Below, one piece after another: positions 19,938 to 31,042 of a DNA stretch of 64,000 nt. The stretch spans positions 1 through 64,000 of the IMG/VR virus record IMGVR_UViG_3300019935_000002; one strand, given 5' to 3'. This stretch comes from a virus. The first letter of the stretch is position 1, and every line of letters starts with the position of its first letter. The translations under genes were made by a program, and so were the position numbers. Below the pieces are notes generated by a model. It saw nothing but the letters and a program-made list of their open reading frames with translations, did no database searches and was not told the origin of the DNA.

Positions 19938-22841
19938 CTAAAATTCATCTATTTCAGAGGCAGGCGGTGAAGACATCCACCAGCCTTTCTCCTCCAGATC
20001 CTGCATGGAGATGTATGCGAATCCGTCCTCTCCCATTCTGACGTACTTAGGAGGCGCTGACTTGAGCATCTTCTCAAAGTCTTCCGGAGCCATCTTGAAT
20101 ACACCTCTCTGACCCTGACGATCTATCCGGGACAGAGCCTGGTAGGCATACAGAGGCAGGAACCTGACCTTATCCGCTGACGCAAGATACATCCCGACGG
20201 AACCTGACATCTTAGGCCCGTCAGGATCTATATCGAGCACAGCATTATTGATCGACCATGCAATACGCTTGATTATGAGATCTATGTTAGAGTCAATCGT
20301 CTTGCTTTCAGTAACGGTAAGCTTGTCAAGCAGCGCCACTTCCAGCTCTTTTAACCTTACGCTACAGTCAGCACCAAGCCGCTTAAGAGCCTTACCTAAG
20401 AAGTCCAATCCCAGCAGGCAGGCGGCATAGCCCTCCCGCTTGCGGTCAGATCCGCTCACCTTAGGCACCTGCTCGATTCTTCTGCTGAATTGGTCTGCTA
20501 CCCATAGGACTTCAGTAGCCTGCACAGCCTCTACTAACAGGTCTAGTCCGAAGCTGGCTAGCAAGGGCTTTCGGGCTGAAACGTACATAAAGTTCGCCCT
20601 TCTGTCACTGTCGTCCTTCCATTGCATATCGAACGCAACCTCCAAGGTCCTGGTGCGCAACGACCGGTGCTCTGCGGCGATGGTCTCCTCACCGCAAGTC
20701 ACCACAGGAGAAGTAGACACCTTGTCCTGAACTCCGCCTGACGCCATCTTAGAAGTCGCACTGTGATCCCATGAGGACTTGAACACATTGACCAGTTCCT
20801 TGTACTTGTGGAAGTCAATCGTGCCTTGGTTAACCTCGTCCACAATGGTAGGCACCGAGTTAGACTGGGACAGCTTTTCCCGGATAGAGACAATCGTAGA
20901 CTGACTTGCATCCACTACTGGGGCATCTGTGCCAGGCACTCCGTGCAGGCATAGCATAAGGGACGCCGACGCCGTCTTGCCTGACTCCGGCGCTCCGTAC
21001 AGGTTCAGCAGTGGGAAATTGACTCCTGTCGCCCTCAAGTGAGGTTTGATGTGAGCAGCGCAGAACCATCCCAGGACAGTAGCTGCCTCAGCCTCAGGCA
21101 GAGTTCTGCTGATGCTGTCTATCAGCTTGCTAAGGTCTTCTGCGGTGTAATTGCGAGCACCCCTTTCCATTTTTCTGCTAAACGGAGGTACGTTCGCCAG
21201 ATTAGGCATACGGCTCCTGCAATTCTTTACCTTCTCTCGCCTCGGATCTTCAGGAAACTCGGTTCTAAACACCTCCTCAATATCCGGATCAGACAGAAGA
21301 TCCGTATCCGGATCGCAGTACACGATGACCGGATCTCCGTCCCTGAGAAAGACGGAAGTTCCGAAGTGAGGAACTACTGTGATCTCTTCTGCGTTCATAA
21401 CTTTTAGGTTCCCACGATCTGTAAGTACCATCCTTAATTTGCTCCAGAAGTCCGGAGAAGTTAACCAACTGCCGCCGGATGACACGATGACATCTCTGGC
21501 TATCATTGGGGAGTTTGCCGCTTCCTCGCTCAGGTTCACCTCAACAGGCTCCGAAGCCCCCATAGAGTCAAACGTCGTCATCTCCAGTAGCAGTCCGGCA
21601 GGTTTGCGGTAATTCCTGCGCAGCTCAGGGGTGTTGTGCCAGTCCACGGGGTAACCTACCTTCACCGCCTTGGTGCGCAGGTGGAAGTTAGTTGCTGGTT
21701 GCATGGCCTTGCCAAACCCAATCTCATAGCCTTTGTTTCCTATGGCTATCTGCAGTCGCTCATCAATATCAATCGCCACGTCGCCCTGCAGGACTTTGCG
21801 GGTCTCGCATAGGCTACAGCCGCCGCACTTGTTGATTACTGAGAACAGCCCGCCCTTGCTGAAGTGTCTGTCAGAAGTTCTGATGTGCTCATATACGGAG
21901 AGGATGGCGTTGTATCTCTCCGACTCCGTCCGGTAACTGGACGATGTAACTGACTTAGCCATCCTCCGGCACAGTTCTTTTACTTCCGGTGCGGAGAGTC
22001 CGGCATCCTTGCAGTACGCCGCTAGCTGCATACACGCCTGATTAAAATTGCTCTTCTCGTCTCCTTTGGTTACCAGCCTGTCGATACAGCCAGGAAGGCC
22101 GTTTTCCTTGTAGTCTTTGGCAAGGTCTTCCTTAGGCGTAGCCTCTGAAAGTTTCTCGCGCTCCTTCCTTAGCTTAGCGGCCTCCTCTCTCGCCATCTTA
22201 AATACGGCAGCGAGGGAATCCGCCTTTTCAGGCTCCCCAAATACAAACCCAATTCTTCTTTGGGACACCAGCTTCAGGTAGCCGTCAGGGCTGAGCAGGC
22301 TCAGTTCGTCTACAGTGAGAGGCACTTTATAGGTGTTGATGCCTTCTCTGCGCACATTAGGCATGCGTAACGTAGACCCCTGCCCTCCCTTGTAGACTCC
22401 CATGTCCAAACCGTCTACCTTAAAGTGGACGGCTATTTGGCGGTATGTGTCATACAGAAATGGCTGCGGCCGTAAGCGGCCAAAGTTCTTCCAAGGCAGG
22501 ATTACGTGGAACCCTTTTGACCCTGACGCATAGATTTGCAGGCCGGTAGCTCCTACCCCCAGCAATTTAGAGACTAGTTGCTGGCATGACTTAATGGCCC
22601 CTGCTATCGCGTCTTCCTTCGTGCCGCCCACTTCCTCTGGCTTGAAGTCAATATCGAACCACATATCACCAAAATATTTAATGACATGTCTGGGGGTCTC
22701 TTTAGTAACTGGCCTGTCAACCGACAGCACAGTCATGTGGCGGACAACGTTGTTCGTTATCAGCTTTACCAGAGTCTCCGGGTCGTCTTCTGTCTGCCGC
22801 CACTCACCAGCTTTTTCCTCTTTTTTCCAATACTTATACAT
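19938..22841 (-). CDS. Primase (AEP-like) fused to a C-terminal P-loop helicase domain
   Basis: WFDID and SGSKGFHV AEP motifs, CGGCSLC Cys cluster, GAPESGKT Walker A and IVDE Walker B. Confidence 0.8.
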   Translation of the reverse strand: MYKYWKKEEKAGEWRQTEDDPETLVKLITNNVVRHMTVLSVDRPVTKETPRHVIKYFGDMWFDIDFKPEEVGGTKEDAIAGAIKSCQQLVSKLLGVGATGLQIYASGSKGFHVILPWKNFGRLRPQPFLYDTYRQIAVHFKVDGLDMGVYKGGQGSTLRMPNVRREGINTYKVPLTVDELSLLSPDGYLKLVSQRRIGFVFGEPEKADSLAAVFKMAREEAAKLRKEREKLSEATPKEDLAKDYKENGLPGCIDRLVTKGDEKSNFNQACMQLAAYCKDAGLSAPEVKELCRRMAKSVTSSSYRTESERYNAILSVYEHIRTSDRHFSKGGLFSVINKCGGCSLCETRKVLQGDVAIDIDERLQIAIGNKGYEIGFGKAMQPATNFHLRTKAVKVGYPVDWHNTPELRRNYRKPAGLLLEMTTFDSMGASEPVEVNLSEEAANSPMIARDVIVSSGGSWLTSPDFWSKLRMVLTDRGNLKVMNAEEITVVPHFGTSVFLRDGDPVIVYCDPDTDLLSDPDIEEVFRTEFPEDPRREKVKNCRSRMPNLANVPPFSRKMERGARNYTAEDLSKLIDSISRTLPEAEAATVLGWFCAAHIKPHLRATGVNFPLLNLYGAPESGKTASASLMLCLHGVPGTDAPVVDASQSTIVSIREKLSQSNSVPTIVDEVNQGTIDFHKYKELVNVFKSSWDHSATSKMASGGVQDKVSTSPVVTCGEETIAAEHRSLRTRTLEVAFDMQWKDDSDRRANFMYVSARKPLLASFGLDLLVEAVQATEVLWVADQFSRRIEQVPKVSGSDRKREGYAACLLGLDFLGKALKRLGADCSVRLKELEVALLDKLTVTESKTIDSNIDLIIKRIAWSINNAVLDIDPDGPKMSGSVGMYLASADKVRFLPLYAYQALSRIDRQGQRGVFKMAPEDFEKMLKSAPPKYVRMGEDGFAYISMQDLEEKGWWMSSPPASEIDEF

Positions 22842-22863
22842 GCTGTGGCTCCGGGCCGGACGA

Positions 22864-23328
22864 TCAGATGAAGACTATGGCGATGAAGATCTCTCCAGAT
22901 GGCATTTCCTGACGCAGCAGGGTGTAGTCTTTGTTAACCTTCAGCCCTATGACACCGAGCTGCTTACGGCAGTTGTTGCTGCTTCGGTCGAAGTCGAGCG
23001 GGAGGACTATTCGCTTACCGTCGAATACCCCAGACTTGACCCGGCTTCTGAACAAGTTCCACCGGAACCGCTTACCCCGCAGACTGTGGGAGAACATGTT
23101 GTCCAGCAGCAGCGCTTCTTCGCCCGCCAGAGCCGACTTGAGGGTGACGTCACCGGCAACGATCTCCTCCGGGCCGTCATTTGGCAGCACGGAGGGGTGG
23201 AACTCCTCCTCAGCGTCTATCTGTTTGCACACGGCAGCGAAAGCTGAGTCTGCGTCCGACTGCTCATGCGTATCAGAGAAAGTTGAGTCAGTGCTATCGT
23301 CCTTAGGCTCAATATTGTCGTATGACAT
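22864..23328 (-). CDS. Hypothetical protein
   Basis: GGAG SD; preceded by its own sigma70-like promoter. Confidence 0.55.
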   Translation of the reverse strand: MSYDNIEPKDDSTDSTFSDTHEQSDADSAFAAVCKQIDAEEEFHPSVLPNDGPEEIVAGDVTLKSALAGEEALLLDNMFSHSLRGKRFRWNLFRSRVKSGVFDGKRIVLPLDFDRSSNNCRKQLGVIGLKVNKDYTLLRQEMPSGEIFIAIVFI

Positions 23329-23361
23329 ATTCGTCTCCTGTTAAATTCGGGTTGGATCGCA

Positions 23362-23390
23362 ATACTAGATTGAAATGATGAGGTCGTCAA
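23362..23390 (-). promoter_or_regulatory. sigma70-like promoter
   Basis: TTGACG-17 nt-TAGTAT. Confidence 0.55.
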
Positions 23391-23396
23391 TCACGG

Positions 23397-24782
23397 CTAT
23401 AGAGCACCGTGATTGAACGCAACGTTAAACTTGGCCCGGCTGGTGCCGACATAAATAAGGCGCCAGTAAAGGTCTGGGCTCAAAGTGCCACCCAGGTATG
23501 CCTGCATGTTTTTAGCGTCAACAAATACTGTGTGGTACGTGCTGCCCTGAGAGCGGTGGGCAGTGATTGCGTAGGGGTATTTAACTTGGTTAAACTGCTC
23601 TTGAAACGGGTAGAACAGCTTAGACCATTGCGACCTGTCCGTATAGCAAATCTTCTTGATGTCATTCAGGGCCTTATCAAACGCCTGTCTCTCGCTCTCG
23701 TGGAGAATAGTCAGGACTTGCTGTCCAGATCCTCCTCGCTCATGAACGTAAAGCTGCCAACACTTCCACGCTCCTGTCTGGGCGACTTCATCGTGGATCT
23801 CGACGTTCTCCACAACCTCATCTACAACCACTTCCTCGTCGGTAGGAAAGATCGTGAACTTTTCCTCGTGGTCGATTACCGGGGAAGCAATAATCAAAGT
23901 CTCGTTGCGGATGAATCGCTTAACGTCTTCACCGTGGATGAACTTCCTTGCCTGGTCATTTAGGAAGTCGACCCGAGCGTTGGTATAGGCAATAGCGCGA
24001 CTGTGGTCAATATTGCCCGAATCCCAGCAAGCCTTTGCCTGAGCCTTGAAGTGACTCATCCAATCCCCTGGAGACAGGATGTACTGCCCGCCTAGCTTGG
24101 GGTCATTTGATGGGCTAAGCCACATCTCGCGGTAGTCCTTATTACGAATCTTCTGTCGGATCTCATGGACAGTCGCTTGGATTGGGCTGCCTGCATCTGA
24201 GCGCTCAATCTTTAGAAGCTCCATGAAGTCCTGCACCAGCGCAGATACCGGAGAGTGGCTTTCCTTGACAGGTGGAATCTGGTCGTCGTCGCCTAAAAAG
24301 ATCAGCTTTAGGTTGAACCTTAACGCTACGTTAGCCAGCTCTTCTGTCACTTTTCGAGGTAGCATGGAGTACTCGTCCACGACTACGATCCGGAACTTGG
24401 AGGCAGCAGGTTCGTCTGATGCCCGTGTGACATGGCGTACCTCTCCACTGTCCATAAGGCGCATACCGAGTGCCTTATAAATCGTGGTCGTCTCGAACCT
24501 GACGCCTACGTTGTCAAGCATGACCCGAAGCTGACGGGTGGCCTTATTGGTTGGAGCTGTAATTAGGATAGGCGGCAGCGTTGAGGTTGGGTCCGTCAGG
24601 GCCGGGCCTGCGATAGATAGCATCGACAGTACCAGAGTGGTGGTCTTGCCCGAGCCTGGAGGACCGGACATTCGGATAGCCTGCAGGTCTCCTTCTTTAG
24701 GGGGCTGGCTGCAGAACTCCTGCAGTCTCTGCAGGGCGTTAGATTGCTCTGGGTTTAGTTGTTCGATAGTGGGTAGTTTCAT
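23397..24782 (-). CDS. Dda/RecD2-like SF1B helicase
   Basis: Motifs GPPGSGKT, APTNKA, VDEYSM, GDDDQIPPV, YAITAHRSQGST and YVGTSRA. Confidence 0.9.
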   Translation of the reverse strand: MKLPTIEQLNPEQSNALQRLQEFCSQPPKEGDLQAIRMSGPPGSGKTTTLVLSMLSIAGPALTDPTSTLPPILITAPTNKATRQLRVMLDNVGVRFETTTIYKALGMRLMDSGEVRHVTRASDEPAASKFRIVVVDEYSMLPRKVTEELANVALRFNLKLIFLGDDDQIPPVKESHSPVSALVQDFMELLKIERSDAGSPIQATVHEIRQKIRNKDYREMWLSPSNDPKLGGQYILSPGDWMSHFKAQAKACWDSGNIDHSRAIAYTNARVDFLNDQARKFIHGEDVKRFIRNETLIIASPVIDHEEKFTIFPTDEEVVVDEVVENVEIHDEVAQTGAWKCWQLYVHERGGSGQQVLTILHESERQAFDKALNDIKKICYTDRSQWSKLFYPFQEQFNQVKYPYAITAHRSQGSTYHTVFVDAKNMQAYLGGTLSPDLYWRLIYVGTSRAKFNVAFNHGAL

Positions 24783-24794
24783 GTTGGGTCTTCT

Positions 24795-25220
24795 CTATTT
24801 AATCAGGTTTGCATATTCAAGCAGCCAGACCTTGGGTGCGATTAGAATCTGCAGCCAAACCAAGTTGAAAGTCTTGAGGAGTACGATAAGTAGTACTACT
24901 GCAACTACTAGTACCACTAGCGAGCCTGCGTGCAGATCTCCCTCTGAGTCGTGGGTAAGGGTTTCCTTCCTTGTTTCTCCAGAGTCGGAGTCAGACTCTA
25001 TGACTTCCCCTTTCCCGCAATGCTGGCTGATCATTTTTGCCGCCACGACCGTAAAAGTCAGAGCTGCTGCAGCCTTTAAAGAGTAGTAAATTAGGTTCCA
25101 AGTCAGTAGCTGGTGCACATACTCAGGTAGCTGGGCGCTAAAGAAGCTGGTTGTAGCCTCCAAGCTCTGCACCGTCTTTTCTATAAGCTCTACGAGTTTG
25201 CTTTCGAGTTGCCCGTTCAT
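24795..25220 (-). CDS. Membrane protein
   Basis: Two TM segments; 'LQILIAPKVWLLEYA' C-terminal motif common in phages. Confidence 0.6.
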   Translation of the reverse strand: MNGQLESKLVELIEKTVQSLEATTSFFSAQLPEYVHQLLTWNLIYYSLKAAAALTFTVVAAKMISQHCGKGEVIESDSDSGETRKETLTHDSEGDLHAGSLVVLVVAVVLLIVLLKTFNLVWLQILIAPKVWLLEYANLIK

Positions 25221-25267
25221 TGCGGTTCCTTGGTTGCCCTCCCTAAGGAGGGCTGTATAGATAAAAA

Positions 25268-25882
25268 TCAGAAGCTTGTAACTTCACCAGTCGCTTTCTG
25301 CGTATCGCCTGCCATAGCCTTGCACAATCGCTGAACCAGGATGGCGTCATAGCGGGCACGGTGAGCCCCTCCAGTCTGGTCAACCATTACCACGCCTTCC
25401 TGCTCAGCGGCTACGACCAGCTTGATGGATTTGTAAGAGCCGCGAGCCGTCCGTGCACCGTTGAATACCGAATAAGGCTTCATCGCGCAGGTGGTCTGCT
25501 CGTCGATCATCGTGTCGAACTCGACGCCGCCCTTGCCAAACGGAGCTGCCGTCTGCTTGATGATGCGGCTGTCGAAGCTGCGGTTGTAGAAGACCACGGT
25601 CTTGCCTTTAATAGCTTCCATGAACTGGTCGTGAATATCCGCCCAAGTAGGCGCATCTTTCAGATCATCTTCGGTGATCCCATGTACTTCTTGGGCACGC
25701 GGGTTGATGGGCACGGTTGGCTTCAGCAGAGTATCCAGCACCGTGTTGCCTTCATGGTCGACCAGAGTGATTTCGATGGCTTGGTCGGATTTCGCTACAC
25801 CTGTGGTTTCGGTGTCACCGAACAGGTAGCCTTCAGAGGCGAAATTCGCCAGGGTTTGTTTTGCTTTAATTTTGTCGTTCAC
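25268..25882 (-). CDS. DEDDh 3'-5' exonuclease (DnaQ-like)
   Basis: Motifs DTETTG, VHGIT, YNRSFD and HRARYD. Confidence 0.9.
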   Translation of the reverse strand: MNDKIKAKQTLANFASEGYLFGDTETTGVAKSDQAIEITLVDHEGNTVLDTLLKPTVPINPRAQEVHGITEDDLKDAPTWADIHDQFMEAIKGKTVVFYNRSFDSRIIKQTAAPFGKGGVEFDTMIDEQTTCAMKPYSVFNGARTARGSYKSIKLVVAAEQEGVVMVDQTGGAHRARYDAILVQRLCKAMAGDTQKATGEVTSF

Positions 25883-26588
25883 TTAGTTTTCTCCGTCTTT
25901 ATCATTAGCGTTCAATGCCAGCCACATGGCGACTAGCTCTGACTCTTCTACTTCGGGATGGGCATACATCACCTCTTCGAGCGCTGGCAGCAGACTGTCG
26001 TGCATTTTATAGGCGTCCGCCATGGCATAGGCGGCTTTTACTGCCGGATGCTCGGCAGATAGTTCGCTGATTTCAATCATCGCTGTTCTCCTTCGGGTTC
26101 ACCACTTGCTCCCTGATGTCAAAACCGACACCAGTTCGGCATTACTCAAATCATTCAGCCAATCCTCCACGTCAGGAAGCTCAGCGCTGTGGCCATTCTT
26201 GGCTGCGGCCTTTTGCTTGAAGCCGCAATCCTGCTCGTAGGCTTCTGACACGTTGTCCTGAAGCAGAGCCTCGACCGCATCTTTGGTTAGCCTTGCCTTG
26301 CCGTCTTGGTCTATATCCAAGCTGTAGTATTCAGGTTTCATTGATCTCTCCTTTAATCTCAGCCTCTTTTTCCACTTTAGGCAGGTTTAGCTGGGCATAG
26401 TGGGTGGGGAAGACGAAGTCTTTGCCTACCTTGTAACCTACGCCTCCTTCAGGAGTGAAAGTGAACTGAGCCGCTACAGGTCTGGTGCAGACACCGGTTG
26501 TCTTGTCCAACGAAATGACCAGAACATACTCACCTATCTTAACCGGGTCATCATCTTGGATGTCTTCCCATTCGATCATTCTGTCCCC

Positions 26589-27059
26589 CTAACGTCGGTG
26601 GTCACAGCGAGAATCGTCAGAAGACCCAAACCCGCCTTCGCCTCGATCTGTCACTGAGTCAAACTGGTCGACTTCCAGCAGCTGAACCTGCTCGATTCGC
26701 TTGAACACGAGCTGGGCCACTGCCTTGTTCACGTCTACCGGCATGCGCTCATCCGTGCGGTTCCACAGGCTGACCTTCAGCTCTCCTTGGTAGTCCTGAT
26801 CAATCAGACCTACCAGATTGCCGATAACCAGGCCCTTGCTGCCAGTACCTGACCGGGGCAGGATCTCAGCAGCAATATTGACGTCGTTAATGTGGATACT
26901 GATGCCCAAACCAACCAGCTTCGATTCGTTAGGGTACAGAACCACCTTCTCCGTCTGAGGTAGGTACAGGTCATGCGCTGCTGATCCCGGGTAGCCCTTG
27001 GATAGCTGGTCAGGGTGGTGGGCGACTTGTGGGTCGCGGATTAGCTCAACTGTTTTCAT
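26589..27059 (-). CDS. dut: Trimeric dUTPase
   Basis: Motifs SAAHDL, PRSG, GLIDQDYQGE, AQLV and RGEGGFGSS. Confidence 0.93.
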   Translation of the reverse strand: MKTVELIRDPQVAHHPDQLSKGYPGSAAHDLYLPQTEKVVLYPNESKLVGLGISIHINDVNIAAEILPRSGTGSKGLVIGNLVGLIDQDYQGELKVSLWNRTDERMPVDVNKAVAQLVFKRIEQVQLLEVDQFDSVTDRGEGGFGSSDDSRCDHRR

Positions 27060-27417
27060 GCTTTTCTCCGATTTGCTCGCTTGTACGTTATAACACCAGC
27101 AACAGGGCCTAGGTCAGAGATGGACACTTCTTTCAGGTAGTCCATCGAATTGTGTCTGACATTACCTTGCAGCATCCTTCTTACCGCAGAGAACTCCGCA
27201 CCTCTTAGCTTGGCAAAGTCTAACTTGCTGGCAGCTTCCGGATTGTCCCTTATCCTTGAAAAAACTTGGTAGGCGTCCTGCCCTAGAAGCAGCCAGAACT
27301 GATCAGGGCTGCACTCCATCGCAATGCTTAGAGGAACCTCTTGCTTCTTGAACCTCCCGTCCTTCTGCCTTACCAAGGTGGCCCTAATTTCATACCTGTT
27401 TATCTGGTCGGACATGG

Positions 27418-27819
27418 CTACATCACATAGCCGGTGTCATTGGCGCGCTTCATAGCCTCTTCGCGGCCAAAGCTTTCCCAGTCTGCGCCGGCAAACAGAT
27501 CGTCAGGGTCATCGTAGATGCCGAACACCTGCTCTTCCTTCATGACGCCCAGCTTCTCACCTTGGTGCCAAACAGAATAGGACGTAGCTACCGGAGAGAT
27601 GCTGACCAAGTTGCCCGGCACTACCAGCTTACAGTCACCTCCTACCGCGAGCACCAAGGCGACATTCAAATCCGCCTTATCAGGGTTGGTATCGGTAACA
27701 ATGCCGCCTGCCGACACCTTCTCCAGCTGGGGTAGGATACGAACACAGATATGGGTTTGGGTCGGTACCAGAGGGAGTTCGCGGATGGCTTCAAATTTTT
27801 TGCTGTAGTCTTGAGACAT
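27418..27819 (-). CDS. GroES-like co-chaperonin
   Basis: LVP..HICVR, SAGGIV mobile loop, VLAVG and MKEEQVFGI. Confidence 0.7.
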   Translation of the reverse strand: MSQDYSKKFEAIRELPLVPTQTHICVRILPQLEKVSAGGIVTDTNPDKADLNVALVLAVGGDCKLVVPGNLVSISPVATSYSVWHQGEKLGVMKEEQVFGIYDDPDDLFAGADWESFGREEAMKRANDTGYVM

Positions 27820-27857
27820 GTTGTGCTCCTAGATTGGTTATGGGTTAATTCCCAATT

Positions 27858-27887
27858 AATATACGAACAGAAGGGTCAGCCTGTCAA
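27858..27887 (-). promoter_or_regulatory. sigma70-like promoter inside a 15-bp inverted repeat
   Basis: TTGACA-18 nt-TATATT; repeat arms at 27868-27882 and 27906-27920. Confidence 0.6.
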
Positions 27888-27943
27888 CAACTTCTGTTGC
27901 TGCGTAGGCTGACCCTTCTGCGGTTAGTGATGCAGTTATGCGG

Positions 27944-28186
27944 CTACCATACCTTCAGCGTCCTCTTACCTTTGTTGCTCATGACCTGCTCATATTCCTG
28001 AGCACATTGCCCGCCCGGGCAAAAAATTGCGTCAGGGTTCTCCAGGTCGTCGTCGCAGACTGGGTTGTGGCAACGCCCTTTCGGCACCAACTTCGGCTTA
28101 GCTGCCTGCTCCGCTTTAGCCTTGGCGATTGCGTTATCCCGGATGACCTGCTCATTCTCGGACGCGATATCTACATTTGTATCCAC
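27944..28186 (-). CDS. Small C4 zinc-finger protein, TraR/DksA-like
   Basis: N-terminal VDIASE helix followed by CHNPVC...FCPGGQC. Confidence 0.45.
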   Translation of the reverse strand: MDTNVDIASENEQVIRDNAIAKAKAEQAAKPKLVPKGRCHNPVCDDDLENPDAIFCPGGQCAQEYEQVMSNKGKRTLKVW

Positions 28187-29502
28187 TACTGTTCTCCGTC
28201 GGTTAGATAAAAATCTTTTACTTTCTGCTCAAACTCCTGCCACACCCCGTGCTGCAGGCTCTTAGATCGTCCCATCTTGCCCTTCCATGATGCCCATTCC
28301 AGTCTGTCCACCACTTCAGAGACGAATGACTCAGGGTAACTTCTCTGGTACGCATAGGAGGCTACTTTAGCGAATACTTGGCTGGTGGTGACGCTGAAAT
28401 AGAAGCGGTAGATTTTCCGGGCAGGGGTCCGCTCTACTCTGGATTGGATAAAGTCCGGGTGGCACTTCCATACGTCTGCCTGGTGCCGCTGGACGCCTTT
28501 GGCCAGTACGCCTCGGTTAAACGCCTTGTAAGGGTGCTCAGTTCCGTAAGCGTCTGCCGCCTCGAAATAGGCCTTCAAGAGGGTGCAGGGGGTAATATCC
28601 ATGGCCTGCATGTTACCTGGCTCAGCAACCTTAGCAACGATCTCTTCCGCCACCGCATCTACGAACCGCTCAGCAAAGTCTAGCTTGAGTCGGAACTCAG
28701 TGAGATCCGGCAGGTCGTGACCCTGCACCTCTAAGTGAGTTGTCAGCTTGTCAAAGGATTTCAGGTTAGCCAGAACGGATGCTGACATTACCTGTAGGTA
28801 CAGGGCTTCGTCCAGCATTTCCGCCTTGCCTTTTAGGATAGACGGGACCATAAGCATGAGAGCCAAGTACTCCCCGATGGCTGGTAGCACCAAGTCCTCC
28901 AGTGCCTCTACCGTAGGAGTAACCGGGATGGTGTGGGTTTCCCATGCCGGGATGTCGTAGGAGGACACAGGGACTATCCAGTCTACTTGGATTCCCAGAT
29001 GATTTCTTAAGCTAAGTTGGCGGCGGCAGTGACCTAAGAAGATGCCAATAGAGTTCGGCATGTTGCCTCCCAGTCCGTAACCCGCACCGTCGATGCTGTC
29101 AACTGGGAAGCTGGAAGGGCTATACAGCGTCTGCAGCCCGTGAGTACGGTAGGCGGTAAGACGAAGCTTAAGTTCGCTCCAGACCTTTTCCTGAAACACT
29201 TCGTGCCCCTCGAATGCCACCAGAGACGACAGGTATCCCAGCCCTGAGCCGGGCAGATGCTGCTGCCATACAGTAGGGTCTGCCTGTTCCTCCTCAAGGA
29301 GATCATTGCCGAGTAGCACGAAGGGCTGCATTAAGGCGCCTAAATAGTTCGGCTTCTTGCAAAACCCTGATACGTTTACTGTGCCTAGCAGTAGGTTAGC
29401 GATGTGAAAGTTTCGGCTCAGCATGACGTTGGCCCATGCAGGAGATGCCTCCTGAGGAAGATCTTTGCTGGGCTTTACTTTGTGGTGCTTAGGATTGTAC
29501 AT
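28186..29502 (-). CDS. Hypothetical protein (438 aa)
   Basis: Long ORF with SD; no recognisable motif. Confidence 0.7.
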   Translation of the reverse strand: MYNPKHHKVKPSKDLPQEASPAWANVMLSRNFHIANLLLGTVNVSGFCKKPNYLGALMQPFVLLGNDLLEEEQADPTVWQQHLPGSGLGYLSSLVAFEGHEVFQEKVWSELKLRLTAYRTHGLQTLYSPSSFPVDSIDGAGYGLGGNMPNSIGIFLGHCRRQLSLRNHLGIQVDWIVPVSSYDIPAWETHTIPVTPTVEALEDLVLPAIGEYLALMLMVPSILKGKAEMLDEALYLQVMSASVLANLKSFDKLTTHLEVQGHDLPDLTEFRLKLDFAERFVDAVAEEIVAKVAEPGNMQAMDITPCTLLKAYFEAADAYGTEHPYKAFNRGVLAKGVQRHQADVWKCHPDFIQSRVERTPARKIYRFYFSVTTSQVFAKVASYAYQRSYPESFVSEVVDRLEWASWKGKMGRSKSLQHGVWQEFEQKVKDFYLTDGEQ

Positions 29503-30310
29503 AATCTCTCCTACTTGAATTTATGGATGTGCATGTCACGGGGGTTTTTTAGGAAGGTTGTAACAATCTTCTTGCCTTCGTTTATCATAACAGCTGCCAC
29601 TGCGCCTCCCTTCGATACATATATCTTTCCACCGTTACCTACCTTATTCGAGACCGGGGTACACTTACCCGGCAAGGTCTTTGCCAGCTGCTTCATTAGG
29701 CGCTTGCTGGCAGGCTTGAAGGTCTTTTCCTCCTTCACTAGGTTCAGATGTGGGTAACGCTCGGCAAAGCGCTTCAGGGCGTGTTTAGTATAAATCATGG
29801 CATCTCCTAGTTAGGTAAGCAGGGCTGCTGCCACCGTCAGTGCGAGGTTAGAAAGAGCGGCCAGCATAAAGAATGCGGCGATGAAATTGGTCACTGGATT
29901 TTGGAAGGCCGAGTTATCCCCTGTCAATCTAAAGTCCAGGTAGCTGATGGGCATCAAGGTAAGGTAAAAGGCCATCAAAGGGTGGTAGGCCGGAGTCAGG
30001 CCCGCCAAGATTGCCAAAAAGCATAACAGTGCTGCTGTTAGGAACATTAGGTTCTCCTTAGTTAATTTCTTGTTGCTGGCGCATTTTATCGCAAAGGCTC
30101 TCGGACATCTCTACTGCTGAGTCGGGATGCTCAACGCTCCACTTTGCAATAGCCTCTAAACCTATGCGGGCTCTATAATGCCCCTCTTTAGGGTCGCCTT
30201 GGTACTCGTAGGCCAGGTCGATGAATCTCTGCCCGATGCTATGGAACGGCTCGGGCAGAGAGTTAAGAATGCCTGCGCTGTCCTGCTTCAGCTGTTCCAG
30301 ATATTCAGCC

Positions 30311-31042
30311 TCAAAACTCATAACGCTTAAGCCTGTTTCGGATGTCTTTCTTGTAGGCAAACGGATGCTGCTCGCAGGCTGATCCAGTTATTTCCTGCTT
30401 GATCAGAGCCAGACGGACAAAGGTTCTGCGGGGTTTGCCTGGCCAAAGCCAGCCGTCGCTTAGGCTAAGACTGGCGCGGTGCACAGATGTCCCGGTATAG
30501 TAATCCCAATGCCCTACGCTGCCTTGGCAAAACTCCTTGCCGTCGCCCTTTCCAGAGTACCAAAGATCTTCCAAATACCAATTCACGTTATGAACTCTGG
30601 GGTCTAAGTCTTCCGGATAGTCAAACCGTCCTACCCAGAACTCTGTCGGCTCCCGGTTGCACCACGTAAACATAAGGTCTACGTCCTGCGGATGGTTGAC
30701 TGAATAGCCATCCCGGTGCCACTGCGATGCGCTTTCACTGTAGATGTCGCCGTGCCTAACCGTCAGGTACAGGTGGTGCTCATCCCATGCGTGACCTATG
30801 CCTATCGATTTAAGGTAAGCTTTAAGATACTTCAGATGAGGAGCCAGCCACCGACATCGGTGCGGTAGCTTTATGTAGTTCCTACCCTTGAAGAGGTTGC
30901 TATCTGAATCCTTCGGCCATTTTATCAGCAGGCTTTGTATGTACTGGTGGTCGTAAGGTATGTGAACCTTTGGGATCGCCAGTCCTCTCAGGGACACCGG
31001 AGGGTGGGAGATGTGGCTGTCCACTTTACTAGGCTGGGGCAT
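30311..31042 (-). CDS. Putative 2OG-Fe(II) dioxygenase-fold protein
   Basis: WHRDG (HxD), distal SVHRA (H) and RTFVR (R). Confidence 0.5.
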   Translation of the reverse strand: MPQPSKVDSHISHPPVSLRGLAIPKVHIPYDHQYIQSLLIKWPKDSDSNLFKGRNYIKLPHRCRWLAPHLKYLKAYLKSIGIGHAWDEHHLYLTVRHGDIYSESASQWHRDGYSVNHPQDVDLMFTWCNREPTEFWVGRFDYPEDLDPRVHNVNWYLEDLWYSGKGDGKEFCQGSVGHWDYYTGTSVHRASLSLSDGWLWPGKPRRTFVRLALIKQEITGSACEQHPFAYKKDIRNRLKRYEF

